Shown here in pieces: positions 27,510 to 37,335 of a DNA stretch of 49,332 bases (its first letter is position 1; the number at the start of each line of letters is the position of its first letter). This DNA comes from a virus. Taxonomy: Duplodnaviria; Caudoviricetes. The DNA lies in IMG/VR virus record IMGVR_UViG_3300037483_000057, positions 1-49,332 of that record; one strand, written 5' to 3'. Made by a program: the position numbers and the translations under genes. The notes below the pieces were generated by a model. It did no database searches, was not told the DNA's origin, and worked only from the letters and a program-made list of their open reading frames with translations.

Positions 27510-28358
27510 TCATACTAGATCAATCTTTACCATATCTTTCCAATTCTTTCCTATACTAGCTTCTACTTTTAATGGTAATTCAAAATCAATATTAAAAATA
27601 CTCTTAAGATACAAAGGAGCCTGCTCCATTATTTCTTTAGCTCCTAAAGATAAACCCTGTGCTACATCTACATGACTACAATCAAATAGTACAGAGTCGT
27701 GCGTTGTGCTCACCATAAAAAATTCTACCCTCCACGTTTCCCATTGACACAGTTTACGGTAAAGTTTACCCACCATCATAGGGACTATATCCCCAGTAGC
27801 TAACCCTTGTACAGGGTAATTCTTAATTTCTGTAGGTTGAAATGAGGTTGCCGGGCGATGCACTAAATACCATTCAGGGCTATCTTTTTCAATAAATGTA
27901 TACTGCCTGCCTGTCTCTGATATCAATATAGCTTTTCCGGCAGGCATCCCCTTCTTAGTTCTGTAAGGAGATATTTTCCTAGCAAGATTGATGTTTACCT
28001 GTGTCTTAACCTGCCAGTCCCTAACTCCAGGATATCTATCATAATATTGTTTAATAAACTTTTTAGCCACTTCTTCTGAGATATTATTACTCTCAGCCAT
28101 AGATTTATAACCAGCACCATATTGGAGTTGGAATGAAAGCTGCTTGGCTAGGGTTCTTTCCTCTTTAGTGAACACGCGCCCGAATAGATTTGTAGCTGAT
28201 ATGCTGTGCAGATCAGTTCCAGCTATTAAGTCTTTAATCAACTGCTCATCTTTACTTAAGTGCGCTAATACAATGATCTCTAGCTGTGAATAATCCAGTT
28301 CCAGCAATACTCCATCTGGTTGAAACCTAGATTTAAAACACTTACGAAGATCACTCAT
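27510..28358 (-). CDS. DNA polymerase family A, C-terminal (palm/fingers) part
   Basis: Motif A LDYSQLE, DLHS, motif B RTLAKQLSFQLQYGAG, NYPVQG, motif C THDSV. Start reassigned to ATG 28358. Confidence 0.92.
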   Translation of the reverse strand: MSDLRKCFKSRFQPDGVLLELDYSQLEIIVLAHLSKDEQLIKDLIAGTDLHSISATNLFGRVFTKEERTLAKQLSFQLQYGAGYKSMAESNNISEEVAKKFIKQYYDRYPGVRDWQVKTQVNINLARKISPYRTKKGMPAGKAILISETGRQYTFIEKDSPEWYLVHRPATSFQPTEIKNYPVQGLATGDIVPMMVGKLYRKLCQWETWRVEFFMVSTTHDSVLFDCSHVDVAQGLSLGAKEIMEQAPLYLKSIFNIDFELPLKVEASIGKNWKDMVKIDLV

Positions 28359-28569
28359 ATATTTCCCCAGTCCCTCCACAACGAGTGCATATCCTACTTC
28401 TGTACCATGTTGGTGATATTTCAGTGTCTTGATAAGACACAAATCCATATCCATGACAATCAGGGCATATTTGGGGAATATACTTATTGTCTACTATGTG
28501 ACTGTGCCCCTTCTTACGCCAAGTAGTGTCTAGTTCTGTATTTAGTGACTTGTTACTCTTAAGAGTCAT
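28351..28569 (-). CDS. Small Zn-finger protein (CxxCxGxG twice)
   Basis: CPDCHGYG...CTRCGGTG; its stop overlaps the polymerase C-part start. Confidence 0.6.
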   Translation of the reverse strand: MTLKSNKSLNTELDTTWRKKGHSHIVDNKYIPQICPDCHGYGFVSYQDTEISPTWYRSRICTRCGGTGEIYE

Positions 28570-28834
28570 TTTCAGGTATCCAAGGATCATTCATGATGTA
28601 ATTTCCATTTTTATTCGCTGTATCAACAAGTAATTTAATAGCCCTATTGTATCCAAGCTCGTAGGCATGTTTAACCGCCATCTGAACTTCATCAGTCCAC
28701 ATTTTTTCCGGTATGTCCCACACATTCCATCCATTTATAAACGGGGCAACACACGCAACTCCGTTGCGATTCTTCCTCTTTACGGTAGTCAGGTGATACC
28801 GTGTAGCTGTCTGGTCATCGGTATTTGTTGTCAT
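28559..28834 (-). CDS. Hypothetical protein
   Basis: Coupled ORF between the polymerase halves. Confidence 0.55.
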   Translation of the reverse strand: MTTNTDDQTATRYHLTTVKRKNRNGVACVAPFINGWNVWDIPEKMWTDEVQMAVKHAYELGYNRAIKLLVDTANKNGNYIMNDPWIPENDS

Positions 28835-29405
28835 TTCCTGTAACTCCTATGACATTGAGTTTAAAATCAGGGTACTTCTTTAGTATCCTCGGTACATGAC
28901 TGAGTAGACATCTGCCCATAGCGTACTCATGCTGATCCTCATTGAAGTTTCTAAGATCAATGGTTAATGTTTTATTCTCAAGGTCTTGTGTATAACTTTT
29001 GTCATAACAAAATTCTTTACGATTAGGATCAAACCATACTTTACATAGATTAATATCAAAGAGCGTTCTAATATGTGTTATTGGGTCAGTGTCTAAAAAT
29101 ACAATCTCGTGCTTGCATATTTTACCAAAGATAGCTACTGATACTGTTTTATTATTAAGATAGGTGGACTTCCTTATTACTGGTGTAGTAGTTGACAGGA
29201 CGCCGTGGTCGCGGGAAAGATAATAAACAAGTTTTTCCGGCGGTAATTTTGTATTAGTAAAATAGTCAAAGTCGCTTATCTCTTTACTATTGAGTATGTC
29301 TCTTGGAGCACCCCCGGCGAGCAAATACGTATCAGCATGGATCACAACATTTAATGCCTCTATAATTCTACTTGCTTCCTCTAACTTGTCTCCATTGAGT
29401 ATCAT
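28815..29405 (-). CDS. Nucleotidyltransferase, CCA-adding/poly(A) polymerase head-like
   Basis: LAGGAPRDIL...DFDYF (GGxxRD, DxD) and FDINLCK; no HD domain. Confidence 0.8.
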   Translation of the reverse strand: MILNGDKLEEASRIIEALNVVIHADTYLLAGGAPRDILNSKEISDFDYFTNTKLPPEKLVYYLSRDHGVLSTTTPVIRKSTYLNNKTVSVAIFGKICKHEIVFLDTDPITHIRTLFDINLCKVWFDPNRKEFCYDKSYTQDLENKTLTIDLRNFNEDQHEYAMGRCLLSHVPRILKKYPDFKLNVIGVTGNDNKYR

Positions 29406-29415
29406 AAGAGTTTTG

Positions 29416-30648
29416 TTATCTGGTTATTTGTTGTAGGTTCGGTTTGGAGCAGCTAAGCCTTCCCGTCTCTGTAATTGCATGATTATAACTTGGATGTATG
29501 ATTCCTCCTATAGCAAGAGAATCCCCAGCAATAGGCCAAGCAAGCTCAGTAAGGGATATTAGCATTTGGCTTTCCTTCTCTAATTCTCTTAAGAGAAGAA
29601 GCTTTTGCAATAGTTCTCTGCAATTTAATTTAATGGTGGAATAGATAGTACTTGGATGAAATGTATTTAAAATCCTCTTAAGGGAATCTTCATCTAAAGA
29701 ATACATACCAGTCTTACCCTTTCTAAGTCCGGATATCTTTGTGGGATCAAATAGAGCGGGCATTGAGAAATATTTTCTTTCTTTTACATATTTGGGTTTC
29801 CCCTTCTTAATCCCGGATTTGTACTCCCCTTCTTGTTTTTCCTCGTACCAGTCTATCGTCCCACCAAATAAATATGGATGAAGAACTTTCTGTGAAAAAG
29901 AAATTTTTCCATCAAGAATAGTAAAATACTGCTCAGGGTATGCTTCTATCAGAAGCTTGGCTATATCACCCGATAGTGTCCCTACACTATCCTCGATGGA
30001 CTCTACCTGTCTAGCAGCCTCTTCTTTATCAAAGTACATACCATCTAGTTCCATCATAATAGTAGCTAGTCTAGCGTCCATCTGTGTCCATATAAGGGGC
30101 AACATATTAAGTTCTGTAGCTCTATCTAATTGAGAGAGAAAAATAAGATGAGTGTTTTCAACATCTGTTTTAAGATACTCTTTTAGTTCTTCATCTGGTA
30201 TATCTTCTGTTTCTACCCCGTCTTCCCAATACTGCTGTATCTTTTCATCTTTAAGCGTTCCTCCGTATTTAATAGCACATTTATCCAAGGAAGCCATCTT
30301 TTCTTCTTGCCCAGTTAAAAGGTATTCAACAATCATCGTATCCCATATTTGCCCTTTCTTTAGCCAATCTAAGAGACTCCCTATCAGATTTATAAACATA
30401 CCCCCCTTGAGCAGGTATAAAATATCAAAACCTATATTGTGTCCCACTAATATATCTATTTCTCTTGGTTTTGAAGTGTGCATACGGGGGAATTTACTAC
30501 TTATTATTACATCCTCCGGTCCTTCAATCTTGCTAGCGAAGTACACTATTTTGTTATCAGGATGGTGTGGGTTAGCTTTAAAGTCTCCAACACTCTCCTC
30601 TCCTTTATTCTTAAGAGTAGTTTCTGTATCTATAACACAATATCTCAT
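29416..30648 (-). CDS. DNA polymerase family A, N-terminal part (3'-5' exonuclease + thumb)
   Basis: ExoI DTETT, ExoII GHNIGFD, ExoIII YLKTDV, MELDGM; ends TETGRLSCSKPNLQQITR. Confidence 0.92.
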   Translation of the reverse strand: MRYCVIDTETTLKNKGEESVGDFKANPHHPDNKIVYFASKIEGPEDVIISSKFPRMHTSKPREIDILVGHNIGFDILYLLKGGMFINLIGSLLDWLKKGQIWDTMIVEYLLTGQEEKMASLDKCAIKYGGTLKDEKIQQYWEDGVETEDIPDEELKEYLKTDVENTHLIFLSQLDRATELNMLPLIWTQMDARLATIMMELDGMYFDKEEAARQVESIEDSVGTLSGDIAKLLIEAYPEQYFTILDGKISFSQKVLHPYLFGGTIDWYEEKQEGEYKSGIKKGKPKYVKERKYFSMPALFDPTKISGLRKGKTGMYSLDEDSLKRILNTFHPSTIYSTIKLNCRELLQKLLLLRELEKESQMLISLTELAWPIAGDSLAIGGIIHPSYNHAITETGRLSCSKPNLQQITR

Positions 30649-30896
30649 GCCATTCTCTCCCTATACAGAATCTTTTCTAGTTCTAGGAAAGCATCAGAAA
30701 GGTTGCAGATATATTTATCACCCAATGAAGGGGGACTCGTTTCGGGAAGGATAGGGCCAGCTTCTCTATATGAGAGCCACAATTTTCTGAGATTACCATT
30801 TTCTAAGTTATGGTTCATCTGGCAGTCACCAATGATAATATAAAAGACGCTGCCAGTAATCCTTATGTCCCCTACTTCTAGTTTTTCAGCACTCAT
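30645..30896 (-). CDS. Hypothetical protein
   Basis: ATGA-coupled at both ends. Confidence 0.55.
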   Translation of the reverse strand: MSAEKLEVGDIRITGSVFYIIIGDCQMNHNLENGNLRKLWLSYREAGPILPETSPPSLGDKYICNLSDAFLELEKILYRERMA

Positions 30897-32122
30897 ACAA
30901 ACCTGCCTATGTCAGCCAATAGAAGGACTTCATGTTTACCATTCCTGAGTTTAGGGTCATTGGGTCTCGGCATGTGGTTCTTCACTACACCTAAATACCT
31001 AGCATTAGCTGGGACTGAGCCATCAACTCTCCCTATGGTTACTATAGCATCCATTTCCCCCTGTATAGCTGTCTTGGACTCATAGACTCTAGCCATACTA
31101 GGGTAGGCTATGTTCTCGGCTTCCCCGTCTAATTGAGTCACTGTAATCAATGGAGCATACTCCTTGCATAATTCCCTTGCCCAATTAAACAACGTTTCTG
31201 TCCTGGCAATCCCCTTTATATCGTTGAATCCCTTTACTTTTCGTAATTGATCCACAAGTATCAATCCTACTTTGTCCTTTTGTACCCATTTCTCAATATC
31301 CAAAACACTCAAGTCGGCTTTCTCTACTAGCAATAGTTTATCACTATTGCCCCCTAATAGTCTAGTATAGTTCTCCCAGTGTAGTTTAGGATCAGATTCT
31401 AAGGTTTTACGATCTACTCCTAAGAGAGAAGATATAATACGAGGTTTAAGTGCCAGAGAGGATTCTTCATTACTGAAGTAAAGACAGCGAGAGTCAGACA
31501 ACTGTTGAGTCATGAAGGTTCCTTCTGAGCACAACAGAGTAGATTTGCCTGCATCTGGTCTCCCGGCAAATAGGATAAAGTTACCCTTGTGTACTTCTCC
31601 TAAAGAGTCGTTTAAAGCTTCTAATCTCCATTTAAGGCCAGTGCCAGAGATACTATGTTTAAACAGCGTTTCAAGATCGTCATAACAAGCCCCATCAAGA
31701 CCTGTACCCAACCTTCCTGAGGACGAGAAGTAGGCTTGTAGCTCGTCTGAGACAGTCTCAAGTGTCACTCCCGTCTTACCTGAGTCTACGTCCATAGCCA
31801 GGACAGCAATCCTTTGAGCATGGTAGCGTTCAAGAAATGTATTAACCAAGGTACTCTTAATGGCTATCCCCGTGGGTTTAGCCAAGGTATCAAACATACT
31901 ATCAAACAGTATCTTCTTTGTGTCTTTAATCATAGGGTTCTTAACAAAGAAGAATGTTTTAAAAGACACCCAGTCTATCGAAGGTAGACTGGTATCTATA
32001 TAGTATATATCTATATTATCTATTATTCTTTTAATATCATTATCTGTATTATATTTCTTTACTATATCTATATATCTAATATAGTTATCTTTATCCTCTA
32101 ATACTGAGAGTATCTCAATCAT
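30893..32122 (-). CDS. Replicative SF4 (DnaB/T7 gp4-like) helicase
   Basis: Walker A GRPDAGKST, FSNEE, LVDQL, VTQL, SKTAIQGEMD, VKN. Confidence 0.88.
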   Translation of the reverse strand: MIEILSVLEDKDNYIRYIDIVKKYNTDNDIKRIIDNIDIYYIDTSLPSIDWVSFKTFFFVKNPMIKDTKKILFDSMFDTLAKPTGIAIKSTLVNTFLERYHAQRIAVLAMDVDSGKTGVTLETVSDELQAYFSSSGRLGTGLDGACYDDLETLFKHSISGTGLKWRLEALNDSLGEVHKGNFILFAGRPDAGKSTLLCSEGTFMTQQLSDSRCLYFSNEESSLALKPRIISSLLGVDRKTLESDPKLHWENYTRLLGGNSDKLLLVEKADLSVLDIEKWVQKDKVGLILVDQLRKVKGFNDIKGIARTETLFNWARELCKEYAPLITVTQLDGEAENIAYPSMARVYESKTAIQGEMDAIVTIGRVDGSVPANARYLGVVKNHMPRPNDPKLRNGKHEVLLLADIGRFV

Positions 32123-32144
32123 ATGGTTTCTCTAAAGTTTGATT

Positions 32145-33023
32145 TCAAACATCAACGTGTGGAGGAACTTTTAATAAAAGAAAACGTAATTCTGGATCAC
32201 TATGCTCTTTGGGGTCCCTGCCCCCACTAGATACAATATTTGCGTTGCCGCCGAACTTGGATATGTTGTTCTTTATCTTAAGAGCATTTTTCTTTACTTG
32301 TAAATTATCATCATCAAGGAATATGATATGCTCTTTGTACTTTTTGTACAACAAGAAGTTTAGATGTTTGTCTAATAGGGATGTTGATTGAAGTATGAGA
32401 ACATCACAATATCTGGAACAGATAATGCCACTAAGATAATCTTCTACCATAACCAAGATATCAGAATACCCTCCATTATAAGCCATGTGATGTATCCCGT
32501 CCAGAATATTGTAAGATAAATATTTCGGTCCTGTATCGTCATCATAGATTTTCCTAGTCTGATAAGACTGAATATCGGAAGCATCATAAACAGGTAGCAC
32601 AACCCTATTAATTGTATCGCTATAAAATATACCATGCTTAGTTACCTCATCTTGAGTTATTCCGTATCTTGTGATCCACAAGCGGGCTTTTGGGGGCCAT
32701 TCAGCAATAGTTTTACTCCCTGTAGTAACGAGTGTGGTGAATCGAGATAAGGTCTCATTGCTTCCGATATTAACTGGTAAAACTTCACTTGTTGAATCAA
32801 TAATCGTTCTACTCTTGAGAGCCTTATACCTAGAAGTATTATATACACCCCCCCTAGAACCACACCTAAAACAATAAGCGTTAATATCTCCATTCTCTTT
32901 CCTTGTAATTAATAGTGATTTGCTGTTCCCAGAACAGTCTGGGGATTCGTGATTAATCCTGATCTTTTGTCCCAAGTCAAGGGTTTCCCCTATCTCAAGA
33001 TAATCCTCTCTATTCAGGGACAC
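32145..33023 (-). CDS. DNA primase (Zn-binding + TOPRIM)
   Basis: H...C...YCFRCG, YQTR, GPKY, VEDYLS, FLDDD, DPK. Confidence 0.85.
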   Translation of the reverse strand: MSLNREDYLEIGETLDLGQKIRINHESPDCSGNSKSLLITRKENGDINAYCFRCGSRGGVYNTSRYKALKSRTIIDSTSEVLPVNIGSNETLSRFTTLVTTGSKTIAEWPPKARLWITRYGITQDEVTKHGIFYSDTINRVVLPVYDASDIQSYQTRKIYDDDTGPKYLSYNILDGIHHMAYNGGYSDILVMVEDYLSGIICSRYCDVLILQSTSLLDKHLNFLLYKKYKEHIIFLDDDNLQVKKNALKIKNNISKFGGNANIVSSGGRDPKEHSDPELRFLLLKVPPHVDV

Positions 33024-33207
33024 TATTTATAGCCTCTTTAATAGTCTCCAGAATATGGGCTTCTTCCAAGTCTATACCTAGGTTTATGGTCTCTCTGACA
33101 GAGGCTACTTTACACCTATGGCATAGGTCTTCGTGTCTTTGCTGTTTGGGATACCAAGTCATTTCACTATATTTTAGTCTCGCATTACACCCCCTGCATC
33201 TACTCAT
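33010..33207 (-). CDS. Small Zn-finger protein
   Basis: CRGC...LCHRC. Confidence 0.6.
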   Translation of the reverse strand: MSRCRGCNARLKYSEMTWYPKQQRHEDLCHRCKVASVRETINLGIDLEEAHILETIKEAINSVPE

Positions 33208-33364
33208 TATATTTCCCCCCTTCTAACACACTGCTAGAGGTAGGCTCTATCTCAACCTCGCACGTAGGGCATCTATCATTGCACATGCAATCCCAAACAT
33301 CTGTCCAAGTCTCTCCACAATTATTACATTCATAATAATTAAGATAAAATGTTTCATTTTCCAC
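33200..33364 (-). CDS. Small Zn-ribbon protein, 54 aa (GTG start; absent from the ORF track)
   Basis: Translated by hand: ...NYYECNNCGETWTDVWDCMCNDRCPTC...; SD gaggag. Confidence 0.6.
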   Translation of the reverse strand: MENETFYLNYYECNNCGETWTDVWDCMCNDRCPTCEVEIEPTSSSVLEGGKYNE

Positions 33365-33590
33365 GGCGGTACTCCTCTTTAATCATATTTACTGAATTGA
33401 CTAATTCTTGTCTTATATTGCACATTACTTCAACATTTTTAATGAAATGATCCATTGGAAGAACTGATAATCCTAAATAATCGTGTGTTATCCACAGAGC
33501 TTTAGGTTCTTCCCCCTTACTTTTAATTATTAAAGCGCATGATCCATCGCGATTTAATAACAGATCACCTATTTTAAATTCCGTGCTCAC
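33354..33590 (-). CDS. Hypothetical protein
   Basis: GTGA overlap with the AAA stop. Confidence 0.5.
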   Translation of the reverse strand: MSTEFKIGDLLLNRDGSCALIIKSKGEEPKALWITHDYLGLSVLPMDHFIKNVEVMCNIRQELVNSVNMIKEEYRRGK

Positions 33591-34723
33591 AATGGTTTAC
33601 CAAATACTGTTGCCCAAAACCCCTTAACAGCCTCTTTTTCTGATATATCAGCGTATCTTTCCAGCATAACCCATTTAAATGCTTGTGGGTATGATCTAAT
33701 ATCGTAGGCTATCTCAAGCCATGCCATTAAATTGCGCGGGGACATGGTTACACTAACTTGGTATTTTCTATATGCGTCCCTTATAAGATTAGCTAATTGC
33801 ACCGATTTCTTTGCTTTATCTTCTGGGATAAAGTTAAAGCGATTCATTAGCATGGCTACTTCAGCGTCAGGGTTTAAATAATTCAGTTCCAACACAAGAT
33901 CAATGCGGTTAAGTGTGCTGCTGTCCTGAATCATGGTGGCAGCGTACCTATCCGCTCCATCGCCAGTCCCCACCACGTTGTCACACAATACCATGCGTGT
34001 TCGCTTATGAGCTTTAATCTGCTTATCCTTTAATTCTCCTGTCATATCATCTAGCTGAAGGATACCCCCCCGCTCAAATACTCTTTGCCATGCCATTGTG
34101 ATGTTAGCTGGAAGTTTCCATGGTTCATCCAAAGCAATTAGCCAACCATCCCTAAATGCCCTTGGGAAGTCGGCCATAGAATACTGCATTGAACCATCTG
34201 GAAGAATCACCATCTTGCCAAAGATAGTATCTGTTTCCATATCGCCACGGCCACCTATACGTAGATATGGCTGATTGCAGATAGCGGCGATATTCTTGTA
34301 CATATCCGTTTTTCCGCTTCCTGTAGGACCTACAACTAGCACCTTAAGGTCGTTCACTAAAGCACGCACAGCGGGGTAAGTGACTTGGTGTTGCCACACA
34401 TAATTATGGTCAAGGGCGGGTATAAACTCTCTTTCTGATTCCGGCCAGTTCTCCAGACTGTATATGATTTGGCTTATGTCAAAGTCTTCCAGTCCAGCCT
34501 TATCGAGGTAATCCTTAGCGTTAACAAACTTATCCGAATAAAGAATAATACCCGCGTGAGCATTCAATTCCTCGCCTTCTGGTTTAATAATAAAATCAGG
34601 ATCAGCAATGGAAGTTTTTTTGCTACCTGGTGCCGGAGCCTCTATTCCGTTTTTTGCAAGCGCTTCTCTTGCTTGTTTCATCAATATTTCTTGAGTAATG
34701 GAACTAAATTTGTCAGTAGCCAT
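33587..34723 (-). CDS. CobS/CbbQ/MoxR-type AAA+ ATPase
   Basis: Walker A GPTGSGKT, Walker B IALDEP, TLNRID, SPRNL. Confidence 0.88.
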   Translation of the reverse strand: MATDKFSSITQEILMKQAREALAKNGIEAPAPGSKKTSIADPDFIIKPEGEELNAHAGIILYSDKFVNAKDYLDKAGLEDFDISQIIYSLENWPESEREFIPALDHNYVWQHQVTYPAVRALVNDLKVLVVGPTGSGKTDMYKNIAAICNQPYLRIGGRGDMETDTIFGKMVILPDGSMQYSMADFPRAFRDGWLIALDEPWKLPANITMAWQRVFERGGILQLDDMTGELKDKQIKAHKRTRMVLCDNVVGTGDGADRYAATMIQDSSTLNRIDLVLELNYLNPDAEVAMLMNRFNFIPEDKAKKSVQLANLIRDAYRKYQVSVTMSPRNLMAWLEIAYDIRSYPQAFKWVMLERYADISEKEAVKGFWATVFGKPL

Positions 34724-34803
34724 AATAGTCTTAGCCTCTTTAATAGCATCCAGAATAACGTAGTCAAACTTATCAACAGGATGTCTTGAACGAATGACGG
34801 TTG

Positions 34804-36459
34804 TCAGAGAATTCTCTTTTCTACTATATCTAGTAGGGTAGTTTCTAACTCAGTGGCACTATTTATAACCACATTGCGGTTATATATCCTCTTTACACTG
34901 TCCTCCATTATGCCTATGCCAATAATATCTATCAATCCCATGCGTTCTATCTCTCTTACTATCTTGCGAGAGAACCAGTCACAATCCCCTTTATTAGGGT
35001 CAGTGGCAGGCTGGCCATCGGATAGAACTATTAAAATCCTCTTGTTTTCTCTTCTTCTAAGAAGTCTTTCATATGCCCATATGATACTTTCCCCGTCGCT
35101 ATTCCCTCTCAATACCTCCTCTGAAGCGTAACACATGCGGTCTATGATCTGTTCTGTGTTTAATAGTCCCCCAAAAGATTTTATAAGTGCATGCTTGACA
35201 GTCTCAAACTGGTCAGAAAATACATTAATTTCTACTGGTATTCTGAGTACCCCCAGAGCCTCATTGAGCATCGCGGCTGCCCTAATAGCGTGAGCATATT
35301 TATTCCCTCCCATGCTGCCAGAACCGTCCACTAACAGAGATACGGCAGCATTCATAACAGTGGTTTCCACCTTCGTTTTGAATACCTTCTGTTGCTGTGC
35401 CGTATTAATCAAACGGGTACGATACAATGATTTTCCTGATATTTTACCTTTAGTTAGACCGTGCTGATATTTTATAGCTGCTTTTGACTGTAAAAGCCGA
35501 CGTAACTTGCCGGCAATATTATTTCCTTCTCCTCCAATACAATCTACCCCTCTTCTATAGTCTATGTACCCCAGTGCCGTATAGTTAATAGCAGTCTTAT
35601 TCATATCTATTAGAATGATCTTCTCTCCAACATTGCTATTGAAATACTCACCGTACTTCCGTGTATACACTATTTTCATGTTAGAGTATGACCCTTTGTC
35701 GTCATGATTGTGGGGTAGCAGGTCGCCATAATCTACTTCTGTAATCTTATTTTCCCCTTCTTTTCCCTCTCCTTGTTTGGGCTGTTGTTTATGAGACTCC
35801 TTTTCCTCTTGTTCAGGGTCAAGATTGAACACCTCTTTAATAATACGAAGGGATAAATTATATTCTTCTTCTGCATTAATTCCTGACTGCAATGTCTGCT
35901 GGTAATCACCGGCGTGCAGCTTTGTTACCCATTCCTGCTGTTGTGGGGTTAGAAGCTTAACTATTTTATCCCCATATCCTGTAAGGCTGGGTTGCCAAGA
36001 TTCCCGGATAGCAGTATCCCACGCAAATAATGCTTCTGCTGCTAGCCTGCGAATGTCGGCTGTAGGATCAATATCAAACTTTGCATGAGTATCAAGAAAA
36101 AGTTTCCTCCCTGTGTTAAGGCGCTGCTGACGTCCCAGATACTCATCATTGTGAAAATGCTCTTGTCTGTGATCATCCAGGAGATTCCATACATAACTCA
36201 AAAACCCCTTCTTTATTTTCTTCTCTCTCAATAGCTTCCCATAGTCTATCATGTCTGGGTGATTGTGGCCTAGTTCGTGTTCATACGCATACCACCACAA
36301 CGCCCATTCCTCGGGGGTCCAATGGGGTTGAGGGCGTTGTAAGAACATAGCCTTTCCATCCGTTCTAGGGTGAAAATCATCTTCTAACACTAATGTCATG
36401 CCCTTGTTATAAGATCGTGTCCGCGCTTCTTTAATCGCTGCCTGTATCAACAGGTTCAT
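34804..36459 (-). CDS. CobT-like protein: N-terminal HEXXH domain + C-terminal VWA domain
   Basis: PRTDGK, HELGH, NLLDDHR; GKISGKSL; MIDAS DGSGSM, NSDG, VLSDG, IGIGI. Confidence 0.85.
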   Translation of the reverse strand: MNLLIQAAIKEARTRSYNKGMTLVLEDDFHPRTDGKAMFLQRPQPHWTPEEWALWWYAYEHELGHNHPDMIDYGKLLREKKIKKGFLSYVWNLLDDHRQEHFHNDEYLGRQQRLNTGRKLFLDTHAKFDIDPTADIRRLAAEALFAWDTAIRESWQPSLTGYGDKIVKLLTPQQQEWVTKLHAGDYQQTLQSGINAEEEYNLSLRIIKEVFNLDPEQEEKESHKQQPKQGEGKEGENKITEVDYGDLLPHNHDDKGSYSNMKIVYTRKYGEYFNSNVGEKIILIDMNKTAINYTALGYIDYRRGVDCIGGEGNNIAGKLRRLLQSKAAIKYQHGLTKGKISGKSLYRTRLINTAQQQKVFKTKVETTVMNAAVSLLVDGSGSMGGNKYAHAIRAAAMLNEALGVLRIPVEINVFSDQFETVKHALIKSFGGLLNTEQIIDRMCYASEEVLRGNSDGESIIWAYERLLRRRENKRILIVLSDGQPATDPNKGDCDWFSRKIVREIERMGLIDIIGIGIMEDSVKRIYNRNVVINSATELETTLLDIVEKRIL

Positions 36460-36485
36460 CTGTCATTAACTCCCGAAGTAATTCA

Positions 36486-36740
36486 TTAGAAAGAGTACCT
36501 CAGAGCCTTGAGAGCCATTATCTCGTGGGGTGTGCCAGTGTATATAGCATCTAGGAAACGATTTGCGTCGAACTTTGGGTTATCCTCTCGTAATACGTGT
36601 ATCAATACACCCGTAGCAAGAGAAAAGCCCTCATTAAACGCAAGGATATTTACATCATGATGATCCTTATGCCACCCTTGGCCAGAGTCTCTAGCTAATT
36701 TAAGGGCATTAGCAAACTTGATGTAATCTTTACGTGTCAT
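36486..36740 (-). CDS. Hypothetical early protein (MTRKDY...DNPxFDxxRF family)
   Basis: Recurrent phage motif; SD gagg. Confidence 0.6.
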   Translation of the reverse strand: MTRKDYIKFANALKLARDSGQGWHKDHHDVNILAFNEGFSLATGVLIHVLREDNPKFDANRFLDAIYTGTPHEIMALKALRYSF

Positions 36741-37335
36741 AATATTCATCCTCTATTATGAAGAAGGAGCGCTTTAACAGTTCCCGTATGGAATTAATTT
36801 CACTATTGTCTAGCTTTGTACATATTCTGCATAATACGTCCACCACACCTACAGCCCTTTCATACTCTGATAAAAGAGAAGACGAATATGACTTCATTAA
36901 AGTCAAGTCCTTGCACTCTTTTTCCAGTTCAGATTTACCCTTGTATTTACCATCTGGGTACACTAATGCAATCTCCTTATCTAGTGCCTTGCAAATGACG
37001 CTTTTGGCACTGGAATAGGTGCCTGTCGGGCATACTTTACTGATCTTGTAGCCCAGTGTCCCTTTACTTATATCTATGCTGCCATCTTTTTTAGAGCGAT
37101 ACGTGCACACTTCCCCTAGCGATTCCAGGTAATCCAGTACTTCCTTTTCACCAAAGAAACACACTTCCCTAAATTGATTAGAGCTAATACAGGTATGGTC
37201 TACTGCTTGTTCCATCAGCAAAGTGAATGTGTTCTCTTCACTATATCCACTAGCAGTAAAGTTCTTAATAACTTCAGCAACCGGGTTAGTAAAATCCTGC
37301 TGTACCATGTTTAAAAGGTTATCTTCAATACTCAT
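36730..37335 (-). CDS. Hypothetical protein
   Basis: 201 aa; SD gggag. Confidence 0.65.
   Translation of the reverse strand: MSIEDNLLNMVQQDFTNPVAEVIKNFTASGYSEENTFTLLMEQAVDHTCISSNQFREVCFFGEKEVLDYLESLGEVCTYRSKKDGSIDISKGTLGYKISKVCPTGTYSSAKSVICKALDKEIALVYPDGKYKGKSELEKECKDLTLMKSYSSSLLSEYERAVGVVDVLCRICTKLDNSEINSIRELLKRSFFIIEDEYYDT

Noticed and set aside
28359-29415. Group I/II intron or split intein explaining the polymerase split
   Set aside because: The gap is filled by coupled ORFs with no homing endonuclease or RT motifs, and neither polymerase half has intein N- or C-terminal blocks.
30152-30843. Long + strand ORFs (200 aa and 121 aa) opposite the polymerase
   Set aside because: Antisense shadows of a well-supported gene; Ser/Ile-rich, with no SD or motifs.
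33587-36459. Cobalamin-biosynthesis auxiliary genes (true cobS/cobT)
   Set aside because: No cobN or other cob genes are present and the motifs support only a generic MoxR AAA+/VWA pair, so gene symbols were withheld.
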